64,000 bases of DNA from NCBI RefSeq assembly GCF_006345805.1, contig NC_043004.1, positions 84,568,001 through 84,632,000 on the forward strand, written 5' to 3'. Origin of the DNA: Octopus sinensis (taxonomy: Eukaryota). Below are positions 25,997-41,100 of this stretch, in pieces. Position 1 is the first letter of the stretch. Each line of letters opens with the position of its first letter. The notes below the pieces were generated by a model, which saw only the letters and a program-made list of their open reading frames with translations, made no database searches and had not been told where the DNA came from. The position numbers and the translations under genes are program-made.

Positions 25997-28269
25997 ATCA
26001 AAACAGCTTGATTGCATTTCGTTGTTACGCTTGAGTTTCAAGCTTGATGCTAATCATCAACCATTTTGAATTTGAATGACAGAAGTTGATTGTTATTACA
26101 AATGTTGATTCGTCGTGGTAGGTCACACGGTGACTTTGTTTGATGTTGGTATATGGGTAGCATTTAGCTGGAAAATATCATATGGAATACAGGAAATTGA
26201 CCACTTAGCTAATCTAAATCAGTCTGGTTGGGCGGGGCAGGAATGGGTGGCATGTGCATTTGATATGGTAAAGTGCAAATGTATTATTCTTTAATAGGAA
26301 CCTTATTGGCAGCAACGTCGAAGTTTCGGAACCTGTGTCAACAGCGACCGCTGATGTATTTCAGTTCAACTTAGGTTTCTATAGTCTATCTTAAGTTAAT
26401 AATATTCTGCTGTAAGCTGACTTCTGTTGAATTATAATTAGTTTTATGGCAGTGCATGATGACCAATTCTTATGGAGAATTTTTATTGATTAAATCTGGT
26501 GATGTACTGTAATTCTGTATTTATTCATCAATGTTGAACTGTGTGATGATTTAGGTGTGTCATCTGCAGGTCATAGGGTTCAGAAAATAATGTAATTAAA
26601 TTGTTGGTCTGCAGATATGCAATTCGGTTTATTTCATATTGATTTATATTTGCATATTAAATGAATATTAAACTTTTGTTTTGAAAATATTCAATTCTCA
26701 TATTTCAGTCCATTATTTAAGCCTTTACAATTAGCTGTTTACTAGATAAACCGGCTTTTATGTTATGGTTTTATGAAGGTTCACAAAAGTATGTAAATCA
26801 GAGGCTAGTTGTATTTTGTTAACCGACTTCTGTTATTTAGTTCTTTTTATCTGTCTGTGTAGATAGGTGGTTGGTTATCGTCTTAAGCATGTCAGAGTTT
26901 CAGAAGTATCTAAAATATATTCATGTTCACATATTGTTCGCAAGAGGATGGAGACTATTTTAAATATCATTGGTCAACACAATTGCCTCTGAGAGATGCA
27001 TGTTTTGCAAATTATTTGCTTACTTTTTAGAAATATTGACCTTTGTGTGTAGAGAGATACAGTTTCGAGACTATTTTTCATAAATAATTCTATTCGGTTT
27101 GAAGTTTGGTTATTTTGTTTGGTTTGGTTACATTGTTGAAGATATTAAATTATGCGATCACTAAGCAATAAATTGGGTGCAAAACAATTCTAAGCCAGCG
27201 TATTTTTCAGTCATCCTTGCATATATGAATGTGTAAGTAAGTGGACTTAGTTCGAATGTTTGTAGAATGATTTGTAGAAACATTTTTTGGAAAATCATGT
27301 TGCAAACACGAAGAAGAAGGAGCCCTTACACAAAAGGACTCTTTAATAGAAAATATTACAAATAAGTGTGAAAACAATAGAATTATGGCCGGTTGCAGAA
27401 TATATAAACATTTTAGCATTTCAAACTATTGCCACCCATCAAGAAACAAAATTTAAAACAAATATCGTAAATTAGATACATTTGAGTATCATTAAGAATT
27501 AGAATATAATTCAAATTGTGTGATTATACTGGACAAAATTGACAAAATTAAAATTTCCTCTCACAGGAAATATATTCTACTGGAATGAGGAAATACGATC
27601 TATGTTATTCTTGTTTTCCTGTGAGTGTGCAGGCATGCAGTATTTTGGGTATGTTCCCTGTGTTTACTTGTACACAATTATGTAAATACGAAAAAAGCTC
27701 CGATGACAGCAGAATTGATTGCTTTTAAAAAATGCACCCGAGTTAGTTTGCACGATGTGATAATAGTAATTTAATCCAATTCATTTATGAGCAAATTGGA
27801 TTGTCAGCCATTATTCAAAATTGCATATTGTTTTGTGAACCTGTTTAAAAATACACGCATGCCAACGCAAGTACAAATTGATTTAAATATGTATCTACCC
27901 AAAACCACATGCGTATATATCCTTATATGTGTGTGTGCGCGCGTGTGTGTGTGTGTGTGTATGTCCTTCCCAGAGAGTCTGCTAATACTTTGCATGTACC
28001 ACGTCTTCGCGTTGTTGCTTTCCTTACTTGTTTCTTCTTCGTTGTATTACAGATTTACTATATGTGTGTGCATGTATATGCATATATAGAGGCATATAGA
28101 TACATATTCATAAGAGCAAATACATATGTATCTATGTATATAAATATACAGAGAGAGGGAAAGACATATATATAAATATATATAAGTGTGTATGTGTATG
28201 TGTGTGTGTGCGTAGGTGCGTGGGTGCGGTTGTATGTGTGTTAATATGAGGATGTGTTTTTCCATTCAC

Positions 28270-29400
28270 CAAAGTGAATAGAGCCTTGGTCAGAAGGAAT
28301 TGATGCCATCAGACGTTATCCAATGTTCAACAGTTGTTCCGACCCTGAACAATAAAACCATCGCGCTGGTGGGTCAGCAAAAGTGGCCAAGACACTGACC
28401 TTCACTTCCTGCTAGCTTCTAGCTAAACTCTTCTCTCTTGCACTAATACCAACAAAAGGCTCTTTTAGCTGCCTCTCCCATCCTGCTCACAGCCACCCTT
28501 CGTTGCTTACCTCTCATTCCAATTGCTGTAAGCATCCTCTATATCGACGGAGCAGGGAAACCTCCACAGCTAACCTCGAATGGGAAGAAAAACTATACCT
28601 AGCATCCTCTCACCCTGAAATCATGCACAATGCTTTCATATCTGGCACGCTTCCGATCATGAGACTCATTACACGCCTATTCCCACGGGAATGTGAGTTC
28701 AATTACGATAATTTTGTTTTCAGACCGCAGGACAACTTGTGGCCCCAGGTTTGTCTGAGTAACCTAGCGAAACTCTTCCCTAAGACCACTTTCATATAGT
28801 ATGTTTGAGATCCATGCAGCAAGTTATGTATTGCTTTTGCTGACCTTACTGGCCACTCTCTTTCACGAACTTAATTGCTGCTGTTGCTTTACTCTGGTGA
28901 TAACGTTTCTTACGCCTTTCCTGTTCCAAAGTATGAGCAAGTGTTGTAAGCACCCTCTCATGGCGCCTTTTATATCTAATTTGATACAGTAATCTTCTGC
29001 ACCATGCCAAGTTTTGTGCCAGAGTACCACTTTCTCCACAAGGTCTACACAGTTGGGCTTCTCGCAAACTTCATCTGTGCAGGTTTCATGGCGTCAGGTG
29101 TGTGTCATTCACCGCCCGCATTAGGAAAGTAATGCGAAACTTTCCAGCCTCTACAGGTCAGTTCATGTGAGCCTCCTCTTTGGGAGGTCCCAGTTAGTCC
29201 ATGTACCCTGACATACCAACTCCACAGCTCTTCATTTTCTGCTTTCTTCCTCCTGATACCGCACCGCTTCCTGGGTCATAATACATAACTTAGAAGCAGT
29301 GGTATGGATGAACCAGCACACACGAGATTGAGAAATGGCCGACCTCACGAACCTCTCATGGGGAATTCAGGAAGTATCTTCGTGACACCACTGCTGAGAC
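28270..29400 (-). mobile_element. HERO-clade non-LTR retrotransposon 3' end, second copy
   Basis: CRPCGESGTLAQNLAWC, RRHERVLTTLAHTLEQER, IIVIELTFPWE, RKRARYE, FFPFEVSCGGFP, RMLTAIGMRGKQRRVAVSRMGEAAKRA. Stops and frameshifts present. Confidence 0.85.
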
Positions 29401-31519
29401 GCTTCAAAATATAATAAAGAAGAAAAGCCATTGGAAAATCGATTATAGCAGCGACTCCATTTAAGAATATCTGAAGAAGGAATTTTATTCCGAAATATAA
29501 TCAGACTATGGACAACTAAATTCCAACAGGTATATAGTTCATTGTTTGTATTATAGTGCATTGTTGTACCATTATAAACGTTTTATTCTTTGTTGTTATT
29601 ATTAAATATAACTAATGTATTTTTTCTTCTAACCGAGGAAATGCCAATGCCTTTATATAGTTGAATACTTTATATTCTGTATCGTTTTACACATTGTAAT
29701 AGGCAACATATTACTTTAGCGTGTTCCAGGCATATCGTAATTGGAAATACCAATTGATAACCGGCTGTACTCTTATGGCATCAATAATTATACCAAAACT
29801 AATATAAATGTATTTCAATTATTCAGTAGCACTTTTAAATTCGTAATAAGATATTTGTAAAGTATTAATTTTTCCAATAGCATTTTATTTGTGGATGCTG
29901 AAATTTCTGTGAAGATTAATGATTTTTTTTTTTGTTAAATATAAAACGACATTCGTGCACTATAACGATGAATTATCTGTACTTGTAAACTTAAGGTAAT
30001 AATTGAATATGCTTTCTGGCATGCTATATTATCATGCATTTTTTCAACAATATATTGCTTGATCTGTGCCGGTTGGTAATTATATTGTTTGCATTTCGCT
30101 ACGCAGCAATTTTCTGTAAAATCATAATTAAGTTTACAGCACTGTGCTTACATGTGGGCAATTGCCTTCTATTTTATTGCTAGCATATTAAAGCCACCTG
30201 TTCAATGGAATCGGGAAATCAAAATGATTCACAGTTTCTTTAGCAATCATTGTTGTTTATTCATTATTTTCTTTTCTGCGTTTTACCCCGCATATTTTAT
30301 CTAGTGAATGACCACTGTTCTTCGAATTTGCTAGGGAAGTTTTTTCTTTGCACAGCTAATTAAATATTTACCTTCTAAAATCTCTTCGCGTTTCCCATTT
30401 ACTCCAACATTTCCCTGTATTTATTGTCCGATAATTTTTGCGAATTTAGAAAGAGCCCTGCCAAATGTTCGAACAAAACTTAAGTGAATATATCTGAATA
30501 CTATTAAAGATACATTGATAATCTACACACGGTCAGCATCGTAAATGTCCAACAGGGACAGTATGTTTAGCAGTCGCAGTGAGACTTACAAAACATTAGG
30601 ACATGAATCTGAAATTTGTTCATTTAAAATAACATATTTTTCAGTAGAAAACGGGAAAGACAATTGCTATTGTATGTTGCACGGTTATTCGATATGAAAA
30701 TAGCATTCTCAGTTATCATGAACAAGGTGCACGCAAACAAAGTTTTAACAGGGTGCTTACATTTATATATATGAATATAATTTACATCATCTCCTTAGTT
30801 TTATAAAATTGTTTTTACCAGCATTAACTGCTAAGCATTTCCGGTAAATCAATATTTCAAGGTACCTGTCAATTTCAAAATAGTTTAAAGGTAAATATAA
30901 TAACCGATAAGATCTCATGGGTAAATGGAATTGAAGGCACGCAACAAGGTGTAATGCAACCTTCAGTGTACCCGTCATTCATACATTATATCATAACTAC
31001 AAACTTGAAAGAAGTCAGTTGAGTAAGAGACTGTATTGCTTGTGATTAATATCGTTTCGTTGGCAGTAATCGGACAGCTAATTCGAAGATATCAAGAATA
31101 TTGAGCCTCTTATATAGAAATCAGCAACTAATATATCTTTCCGTGATTTCCACGGATATCGATCTGGCTTAGGTTAATTTACTCGTTTCAAAGATCATTA
31201 GATTAGTATCTTATAATCTTAGTGATTCTGTTCTGTAACGTGGATGAATGTACTGTGTTATCACATGCACAATTTAACATCCTGGGATACCTCGAAGTGA
31301 CGAAGCCACCTAATAGTATCTTTGTATGTTCTATTCGGCTATGAGAAGGTTGTATGAAACATATTCATCCAAATGTGCATAAAACTTGTTTATTAACTAA
31401 AGTCTTTCAAAATATGCATTTAAGTAGGCCATCTCGTTTTAAACACAAAATTATTGCTCATAGTCTCCATCTAAACTGATGCATTATTGTTTAATCAGTC
31501 CAGTTAATTATTTGCAATA

Positions 31520-32300
31520 TAGAATTGGCAGACGAATTATTAGAGGAAACTTTACACTCCAAATATTTCCATTTGTGCCACGTAACTATTATCAGATACA
31601 TTGGAGTGAACATGTGGAAATGGTAGAGAATCGAGGTCCGAGGTGGGGCGGTTACTCACTAGACCAAACTGCCAGTTGCCAAAAACATTTCTTCAAACAA
31701 TTTATCAAACTGAAGGTACATCATTTTCATAAATTTCTCGTGTCTGTTCTCCCAAATGGTTCCTATTTTCTGGGTTCCTCAAAGAAGCTCTCATTTCTCA
31801 AGTTACCAATACATTCATCTAAATACAGAAGAATTACACCCTTTCCATCTCAAAAACCTGACACAATGTCATTTTTACTACTGACATTTTAACTTATTGA
31901 GCTTGGGAATTTTGACATCAGTTCAGCAATATTTTCCAAAAGATACGTCCACATTTCCTCACTGTTACAATATCGGGAAAATACCTTTTCCGTTGGCATA
32001 AAAGTATTCCATTTTCTCACCTGTAATTACATAATCAAGCGCCAATTTATCCATTCTGCCCAAATTCCCATCACTCGAAAACAGCCTTCATCTTATCCAA
32101 GGTATTGTGACGACAGTTCATTTGCATAGCAAGAAGACACATTGTCAAACGCCCGTCTTCCAGAAATGATGTGTGTACTCGATGGCGACACATATCAGTG
32201 TTCACTTTGGCTCAACAACGTGACATTCTTCCATATTGGTTTTCATATATTATAAGTTACTGTTCGATCTCTGCATGTTATTTGTGCTAATAGTGTCCTA
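31520..32300 (-). mobile_element. Mariner transposase relic
   Basis: Minus strand IVT..EEMW (31949-31971), F*DGKGVILL (31826-31855, FWD motif with W mutated to stop) and HFHMFTPM (31599-31623, after a degenerate SPDL). Confidence 0.7.
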
Positions 32301-32559
32301 TATATTACTCAACGGCACCAGTCCTCCGTCAATAACATATGAGGATATACTATTTCCACTTGGAATCTGTCATTTTCATACAAAAATGTAGAGAAAGGAA
32401 AAATTTTGCTCTGCAGCAAGAATGATATACCCCGAGAAATTCGAAACACGTCAGTTGCCTTATGAAATATTTATACCTCCATTTGTGACACTTTCGGGGT
32501 AATTCTCGTATACAGACACATGTGCTCATAGAGACATACATGCAGCCACACACACATAT

Positions 32560-32591
<32 letters not shown>

Positions 32592-32709
32592 GTCTCTCTC
32601 TCACTCTACATATATATGTATAAATATATATCTATATATATATTGTATATATCTATATATATATATAGATATATATATATATAGATATAGATAGATAAAG
32701 AGATATATA

Positions 32710-32830
32710 GAAAGACAAAAGCCGAAGAGAGGTTTAGGAACAACAACCAAGTGTATTAGTTTGACGCTCGGGAAAATGGAAAAGTGATCTACCCTTGGAA
32801 CTTACGCTCTTTAACAGAAAGGTAGAAGAA
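32710..32830 (-). mobile_element. Degenerate Penelope-type terminal repeat fragment
   Basis: Reverse complement CTTTCTGTTAAAGAGCGTAAGTTC...TTCCCGAGCGTCAAACTAATAC matches 34955-35040. Confidence 0.55.
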
Positions 32831-32838
32831 GAAAAAAA

Positions 32839-32880
<42 letters not shown>

Positions 32881-32884
<4 letters not shown>

Positions 32885-33220
32885 TCGACTCCGTCGGTCA
32901 CGAATGATCAAAGATGAACACAAGAGGTTGCGCTCCAGAAAACAATTCTGGGAGGAAATTTGCCTAACCGGAGAACGTACAACCTAGGGTTGTTTTCATG
33001 GAAGACCAGCAGTCAAACTTACGTGCAAGCTTCCCGCCTCCACGGCACCGATGTTAATAGCTTGGCACCTGTCATGTCTCAACTCACTTCTAGAGCTAAG
33101 TGAACTGGAACAATGTGAAATAAAGTGACTTACCCAAGAACACAACACGCAGCCCGGTGCAGGAATCGAACTAAAAACTTCACGATCGTAAGCGCGACGT
33201 TTTAACCACTGAACCATGCA

Positions 33221-33226
<6 letters not shown>
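32881..33226 (-). mobile_element. tRNA-derived SINE with CORE-like domain
   Basis: A box TGGTTCAGTGG (33206-33216), B box AGTTCGATTCC (33162-33172), followed by GTGTTGTGTTCTTGGGTAAGTCACTT. Confidence 0.8.
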
Positions 33227-33287
<61 letters not shown>

Positions 33288-33304
33288 TGTATATATATAT
33301 TATA

Positions 33305-33425
<121 letters not shown>

Positions 33426-33495
33426 CTCCTTGATATGTTGATCGATTCTCGTCCGGCTTTACAAGAATCTCTGCTGAAGTGATTGAACATAGTCA

Positions 33496-33548
33496 AATGG
33501 CGGTGCTCCAGCACGGCCACAGCTCATTAGCTGAAACTGGAAAAATCA
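33496..33548 (+). mobile_element. 5'-truncated SINE tail
   Basis: GGCGGTGCTCCAGCACGGCCACAGCTC...CTGAAACTGGAAAA. Confidence 0.7.
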
Positions 33549-34587
33549 AAATCAAAATATATATATATGACCAGTTTAATATGAAGATTTGTTTGATAGA
33601 CAAGGTAGATTAATTTCAAACTGTGTACAATGCAAACTGGAAGTAAACGACTGAAAATAGTGATTAGAAAGTCAAAATTAACAATGTACGCGCCCATGTG
33701 TGAATGTATACAGTTGCATAATCGCTTCAGCCTTGTTGTTGCGCGCATTAGGTGTGTACGCTATAATGCGCCGTGATACAACATTGCAATAAGATGTTGA
33801 TGTTCGTACCTGTAATTGCGATAGAATAAGACTTTCCTGAATAGCCATTTAGAAAACCATTGCAATGCGAAGCATAATGGAACAAATGAAGAAACTACAA
33901 CCCTACCTGCATTCTATCACACCTGAGAAGAGAAGTATTTGAATTATCAATGTATACATCCAAAGTGGAAATATATATTTGCCAATTTCAAATGCCAGAG
34001 AAATATTTCTTGTTTAACTCTATTCATTATGGCTGTTATTGATAGATTACTCATTGATATGTTGATCGATTCTCGTCCGGCTTTACAAGAATCTCTGCTG
34101 AAGTGATTGAACATAGTCACATTAAGTTGGTAGCACTAATTTCCATGCGGTCGTCTTACGCGTGATTTCCCAATAGATTCGAGATAATCCACAGATTCGA
34201 TCGGCAAATTATACACGACTGGATGCCAAATCATCTGGGATGAAGATGAAATGCTCGTGTATTCATAATATATATTGATTTAGAGCTGGAAAGATATTCG
34301 AATCATTATGATTCAAATGTACAAATGTAGCGACATTCTCGGTCTTGTGTAACTAAAGACATTCCTCTGATCATCGGCAGAGTATTTCAATGAATATTTG
34401 TTATTAACTATGTATGCCTGATTGTAACCGTATATGTGTTCTTCGAAGTCTAATTATACCCATTCAAATGGACAGAAAATTCATGGAAGTATATAAATAC
34501 GTATGGGCAACTAATTTGATATATGCTTTATGCAGATATGTGTGCGTGAGTGTATATATATATGTATATATATATATTCATTTTTTT

Positions 34588-34741
<154 letters not shown>

Positions 34742-34889
34742 AGAGAGAGAGAGAGAGAGATAGCTTTGTATATATATATATATATGCATATATGTATATA
34801 TACATGTATATATGTATAAATGTACGGATGTGTGTATTCGTATTTGTGTGCGTGTTTGTGTCCGTGTCCATAAGTATTTATCTGTCCGG

Positions 34890-35075
34890 CATTCGCCATG
34901 ATAGATCTCTAGCCACTACACATTCTTCATTTGCTCTCCTTTTTTCTTTCTGTGTTCCTCTCTGTTGATGAGCGTAGGCTCGAAACGTTAAGGACAATTT
35001 TCACTTCCCGAGCGTTATACTAATACATCTGTTTGTTGTCTACACCACTTGTCTTCGTCTTTTTTTGTGTGTGTG
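34890..35075 (+). mobile_element. Penelope-type terminal repeat with variant hammerhead core
   Basis: CTGTTGAT-GAGC-GTAG-GCTC-GAAAC-GT at 34962-34988: stem II and GAAAC are intact, but the core CUGANGA has A6 replaced by U. Confidence 0.55.
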
Positions 35076-37749
35076 AATTCTCTCCATAAGTATTTGAATG
35101 AATACAGAACATCAAATATGCAAATATTTGCGATTTGCAAGCCTCTAAAGGGAAGCATACCGAGAAACAAGGATGCAAAATAGAGACAAAGTAGACATCA
35201 AAAACGATAATTTGGAAATTGATTGAAATATGTGAATAAAAATGTGCGCGTTTGATATATCAAAATAGATATTATACAAATGACAAATGTTTCTTCCGCC
35301 TGTTAATTTATTAAGTTACGAATGTGCACCTGCAATGAGCCATGTGCAAGTTAATATTTCACCCCAACTAATGTCGAGAAGGATATTAAACTTCAAGGAA
35401 TTAAATCAGAGATGTCATTCTGACAGTATGTCCTCTACCTCAGTTATAGCCAAAAAGTGATGAAATATAACAGATGAAATATACAGCTAGTATTTGATAC
35501 AGAGGCGTTTAAGTAGAGCATAAAATAATATGATGTAACACGTTGCGAAAATGTATACCACTTTGTTGATAGACGTATTGAAACAGCTGGTTCACTTCTC
35601 CATCTGTAAAAAGCATAAACAGACAGAGCATGACAGGATATGAACAGCAAAATGAAACAAAAGCACAGCAGAGACTATTTTGTCTATACATATATTAGTA
35701 TTACCATATTGAATTGAATGGTGTATGAAATTAATTCTTCTTATAATATTGGTTGTGTAGAGCATTTAGAGCGAAATGTTTTATTTTTTTAAAGCAAAAT
35801 TACTTTAGTGACAATAACGACGCCATCGAATTGATATAAATAATGAGAAAATAAAATAATCAGCTATTGTATTTCATTTAACATTAATACGTTAATGGCT
35901 TCGAAACAAACAACGCTGTTCTTATTTTTAGTTATTTATTCTAATAACGTGAGACATGAACAGAAATTAATTATTTATTCATGGGTATTAAAATGCTGTA
36001 ATGCTATTAGTTTATGTCAAGGTATTGATTCCTTAGTTAGGAACAATGAAAATATTTTTTATATTACTTTATTATTATTATCACATAACACAAAGGGCTA
36101 ATACTAAATGCTACTAATAATTACAACGGCCATACTAATATTGCAGCACATTTCTTTACCCTATGGTGCTATTGTATATATATGTTCCTCTGTTTGTGGG
36201 TTTTTCTAATTTTGCCAATAGATTTCATACGAGCAATAATGTCTGGCAGCCATACCAATGAATCTACATCCGTGTAGGAAGAATTACTCTTGTACATATA
36301 ACTGGAAGGACATAAAACGTCAAAATGTAATTTTCCACATCAGGACGTCAGACCTCTTTAAAATAAAAAAACGAAAAAAAGAAACTCATTATTAAATAGC
36401 GTGGGTGGTTGTCTAGGCTTGAGCACCATGAATGAATTTGTACACATTTGTGCTATAACAATTCGTTATACGTATGAGACATAATTGCGGTATGGTATCC
36501 CTCGTCTGATAAACATCGCGCTGTATTCATCACATAGAAAAGAAATATAATTTTAAAAAGTGTTATTGAATTTCATTTGGAGGCATTTTTATTCTGATAT
36601 TCTAGTTATATTCTTTGAATAAAAATGTATGAATTAGAATCCTATTCATTAAATTAGAATATTTCGTCAATTGGAACTTAAAAGAAATTAATCAATGTAC
36701 GGGCTCGATTACAGTAGACTTCTGAGAGAGGAAGTGCGACGTTATATTCTTCAATAGGTACTTTAACTATATCTTGACCCTAATGTGGGCAATTTAATAA
36801 CCATTGCACCGAAGACTCTCGTAGTAATTTTAAACTTATATACTATTATAATATGCCACAAAATTAACGCGCGTAAAGATTTGATACCAGATTGCAGAAC
36901 GCTACGAACTAACCTCAAGTTATCCTGTCATCTACTCTGCTGTAATTCGTGAGTTGGCTCTGGAAATATGAAACGCAATTAAATCCTGGCGCCAAAATTA
37001 CTTTGCAACGTATAATATTCAAATGACACAGGCATTTCGCCACTAGGTCAATTCTAATAAATATATTCTGAAATTATGGTGATTTTTACGATAACATAAC
37101 AGCTATTGCTGTAATTTGAAAAGCTTTCCCAAAATATTGCGGAACATTTAAAAGAAAATGGAAATGTTAAGTTATTTATTTCATATTTCAGATCGTATCC
37201 TATTGGATTAATTTTATGTATATTACAACTTTTTTCTTTTTTGCGCTGTTTCCATTTTTATCGCAATATATTTCTCTGTTGTATGTACAGAATGCGTTAG
37301 GCTAATCTACTTAACATCTATTCAGAACTGCAAAAATGAATATATTGTTCAGTGCTTAACAGAAAGATCGTCAAGTGACAATTCCCTCATCAATGTAAGC
37401 AAGTCAAAATTGTATATGAAGTATTCAATAGTGCTGATTAGTAAGTAGAAACGAATGAAAATGAAAATCTGGCTTAAGTTTCTGGAAATACATATTAATC
37501 TCTCCCGGACTCCGATTAAAGTATGTTTCTGTCAGAATCACAATTTATTCAGATCATTGTCGGTAATATTTTGTAATAAATACAAAGATTTCAAAGGATC
37601 CAAGTTCTACAATTGCATTTAATTTACCTCCATTTATTCTAGACCAGATTTTTCAGCATCTGATTGAATGCAAACAGTCGTTGAAATATATATTTCAATA
37701 CACCTCGCTCTCACATTGTCTCTGTATCCTCTCTCTCTCTCCCTTTCTT

Positions 37750-37793
<44 letters not shown>

Positions 37794-37807
37794 GTGTGTG
37801 TGTTTGT

Positions 37808-38050
37808 ACTTTCTCAAGACATGCCTGGTTCATAGGGCCGGTTTCCTGGTTTCCTTGGCGTATAGGTTCCCCTGCCGGACAGGACGCCGGTCGGTGAGCT
37901 GCAAGATACAGGAAGAAAGAGTGAGAGAAAATTGAGGCGAAAAAGTCAGAAGAAGTCCGCCATTACCTTCGGCCGGGACCGCGTGGAGCTTATGTGTTTC
38001 GCTCAAAAACACATACATTGCCCGGTCTGAGATTCGAACACGCGATCCCA
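37808..38050 (-). mobile_element. 5'-damaged tRNA-derived SINE
   Basis: Minus strand GGGATCGCGTGTTCGAATCTCAGACCGGGC (B box), then a body similar to 5560-5777. The head is interrupted by (TA)n. Confidence 0.7.
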
Positions 38051-38052
38051 AG

Positions 38053-38191
<139 letters not shown>

Positions 38192-41100
38192 TTATATATA
38201 TATATATACATCTACATGTAAACACATCTACACACGCACATAATAAACACGCGCATATAAACACGAACACATATATATGCATGCATGTATATTTGTACGT
38301 CTGAGTAATTTCAGTATGACGGAAGGTAAAATCAGCATGTAATATTTTTAGTGACCATCCAGGAATCTCTATTGTATTGTCTTTGATTATGTGATGGAAT
38401 GAAGAACATGTATTAATACCATTATAAGCACTGATAGAAATATATTTGTGAATTAGTTACAGATACTATGATGTGTATACTATTTAAAGATGGTTGGTAA
38501 TGAAAGGTTTCATCCACCCAAAGAATTATATCCGGGAACTCTTATAGATTTTCGAGAATCTGTACACATGGTGGAATTATTTTAGAACTGCAACTAATAG
38601 TGATGATAAAGCTGTTATAATTTTGCGTTTGAGATATATAATACTTTCGTAGTTTAATTTCATTAACTTGGATGTATAGTATTTTGTAACACCTAAAAGT
38701 TTTTCACTACCGTTGTCCCTTTAGGTGTTAAGAATAAGGCATTTAATACATTCACATAATGAGCCCCGACCCAAACCCTATGATCGGCAAACTCTCTGAT
38801 TATCTTTGCAATAGTATAATCTAATCGTTAGATGAACATTTCAGTTACTGGCTAAAAGCATCTCAAAGATGGAGATAAATAAACTTACCTAGGACATTAA
38901 ATCCGTCACCTTCATAAGTCAGAAATTACTGAAGGGCAAGTCACGAATATCGTTAATTTAGATATCATGTCCAGGAGAAATATATCTTTGTGTTAGATAT
39001 TAGTAATTCTATGACAGTTCACGGAGCTGCTCACTTCTCGGTGAATTTTAAATGGCTTTTTGATATATCAAAATATCGCATTGTTGTGTAGGTTTAGTTG
39101 TGCACCTCACTTCATTTATGCACTTTCATCTCTGATCTGCTTCAAGAAATAGTTTCCTTAAAATTCTCACATCTATACAATAAAGACATGTGTGCTGTGA
39201 ATTGATGAAGCGTGGCTGAACGTGTAAGAAAAGTGATATAATATCGTTGCTCCATTAGATCTGTACATTATCAACTTTGTTATAACCAAATTACAGCTTG
39301 CCCCAAACGTCTAATCTATACAACTGCTCAAGCCGTGGGCGCAACTTGAAGCATGGTTAAGAACACTCAGTTTTAATTCCACTATGAAATATAGCTGGCA
39401 AGTGTTTTACAATTGAATTTCTAGAGATAGAATCAGTAGAAACAATATGGTTATTTCAATGATTTTACCTAATGATTAATTTATGATAGAGTTCTTTCTG
39501 TAGAATACTAACTACTTAAGTGAAATTGCATACCAGGTACTCAAAGGTGCGAAAAATTACAGAAGCTATACAAAAGACAAACATCACCTACGTATTTAAG
39601 ATGTAGAACAGTGAGAGTTAGCAACACTTCATTAATGACAACCCACAATGTAAAGAGTACAAGTATTGGGATATAAGATAATCAAAGACATTTAAATACA
39701 GCCAAAAGACATGTTACGTTCTCAGCAATAATGAAATGAATGAGCGTAAGTAAAGAAAAACGTTATCAGATCGCATGTTCGCTAGTGTGGAGACGTAACA
39801 TCAGAAAATTAAGATCAATAATAAAAGCTAGGCGTTTAAAAGAAATTTACTTCCTTTGAGAAGGCGGCAGATCGATTGAATGGCAAATATTTTTCGTGAC
39901 ATAGAAGCATCAATCGCTTTAGAAAATCTTGAGGAACAGTATATAGGAGTTCTTCATTCTGACCCTCTGAAGAACATAAACATTTTGGTCTTACCAAATG
40001 ATGTCAATTCAAAATTAACGTAGAACACTCTAAAATCGGTATACAACACCCGTATACCTACGTGTGCGTGTGGGTGTATAGTATGGCTCAGTGCGTAGTG
40101 CGTGTCTTGTATGTTTGTGCGTAGTGTGGGTCTGTGTTGTGTACGTGTCTCTATGTATGTATCTGTGTGTGCGTATGTGTATGTAAGTTCTCATGCAACT
40201 TTCTGTATAGGCTTCGGCAATGTGTACCGTGAGAGCTTTTAAGAACGGTGACGCGATCTTAAATCGTTTCTTTCGGATGCTGCATCTCATTATTTAAACT
40301 ATATATGTTTCCGTAGAAATTGTTACCAACGGTGGAGTTGCAAATGTGAAGCATATATATATATATATGGTTGACATCTGTAACTAAAAACCTCAGCGTT
40401 AAAATGTGACATGATAATATATAAAATTAAATGCATCAGACTGGGAGCCCATCCTGGTCTCATGAAGAGCGAAATATACATAAATAATGTTATATCATGA
40501 AACCTGAATAATGTTGCAATGTGGAAATGTTTGCCAGGCTTTCTGCATATTTGTATTATTTTAATTATTAAAATTTTATTTATGTTTCCTACTTAGAAAC
40601 GAAATTCTCAGTATTCCCGAATTATGATAAATAACATTTGTCAACACGCCGTTGAATGCTCTGGAGGTAGTTTATCAAATATCTTTGCTATATGTATATC
40701 CATTCAAGCATGAATTTACCCTCAAATAATGTTTATAATTTATAGAAATATTAACTTAATAACACTCCAGTTTCCGATTCAATACATTTTATTCACAACT
40801 CCTATATTTTCTTCACAAGATCAACGGTTTATCTACCATCTTGTTTGAATCGTCGGTGGTAATAACACTTCTAGATTTCATTACTTGCTATCCTGTGTAT
40901 AATATTAACAATCGTAAAATATCTCTTGAGAGTAACGAAAAGCGTTGTATGTGATGTATATTGCATATAAAATTTGTAAATGATTTCAAACCGACGCATC
41001 AGAAATGAAGGATGCGAATATGCTGTTTGAAAGCACATAGAATTCCTAATTCAAAAGATTAACGACTCTGGTGTAATATCGATGAGAGAGTTGCAATACA

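Noticed and set aside
26040-27200. Minus-strand ADDT-like string (GCAGATGACACA, ~26557-26568) suggesting a CR1/L2 RT relic
   Set aside because: A single short motif with no flanking RT motifs recovered.
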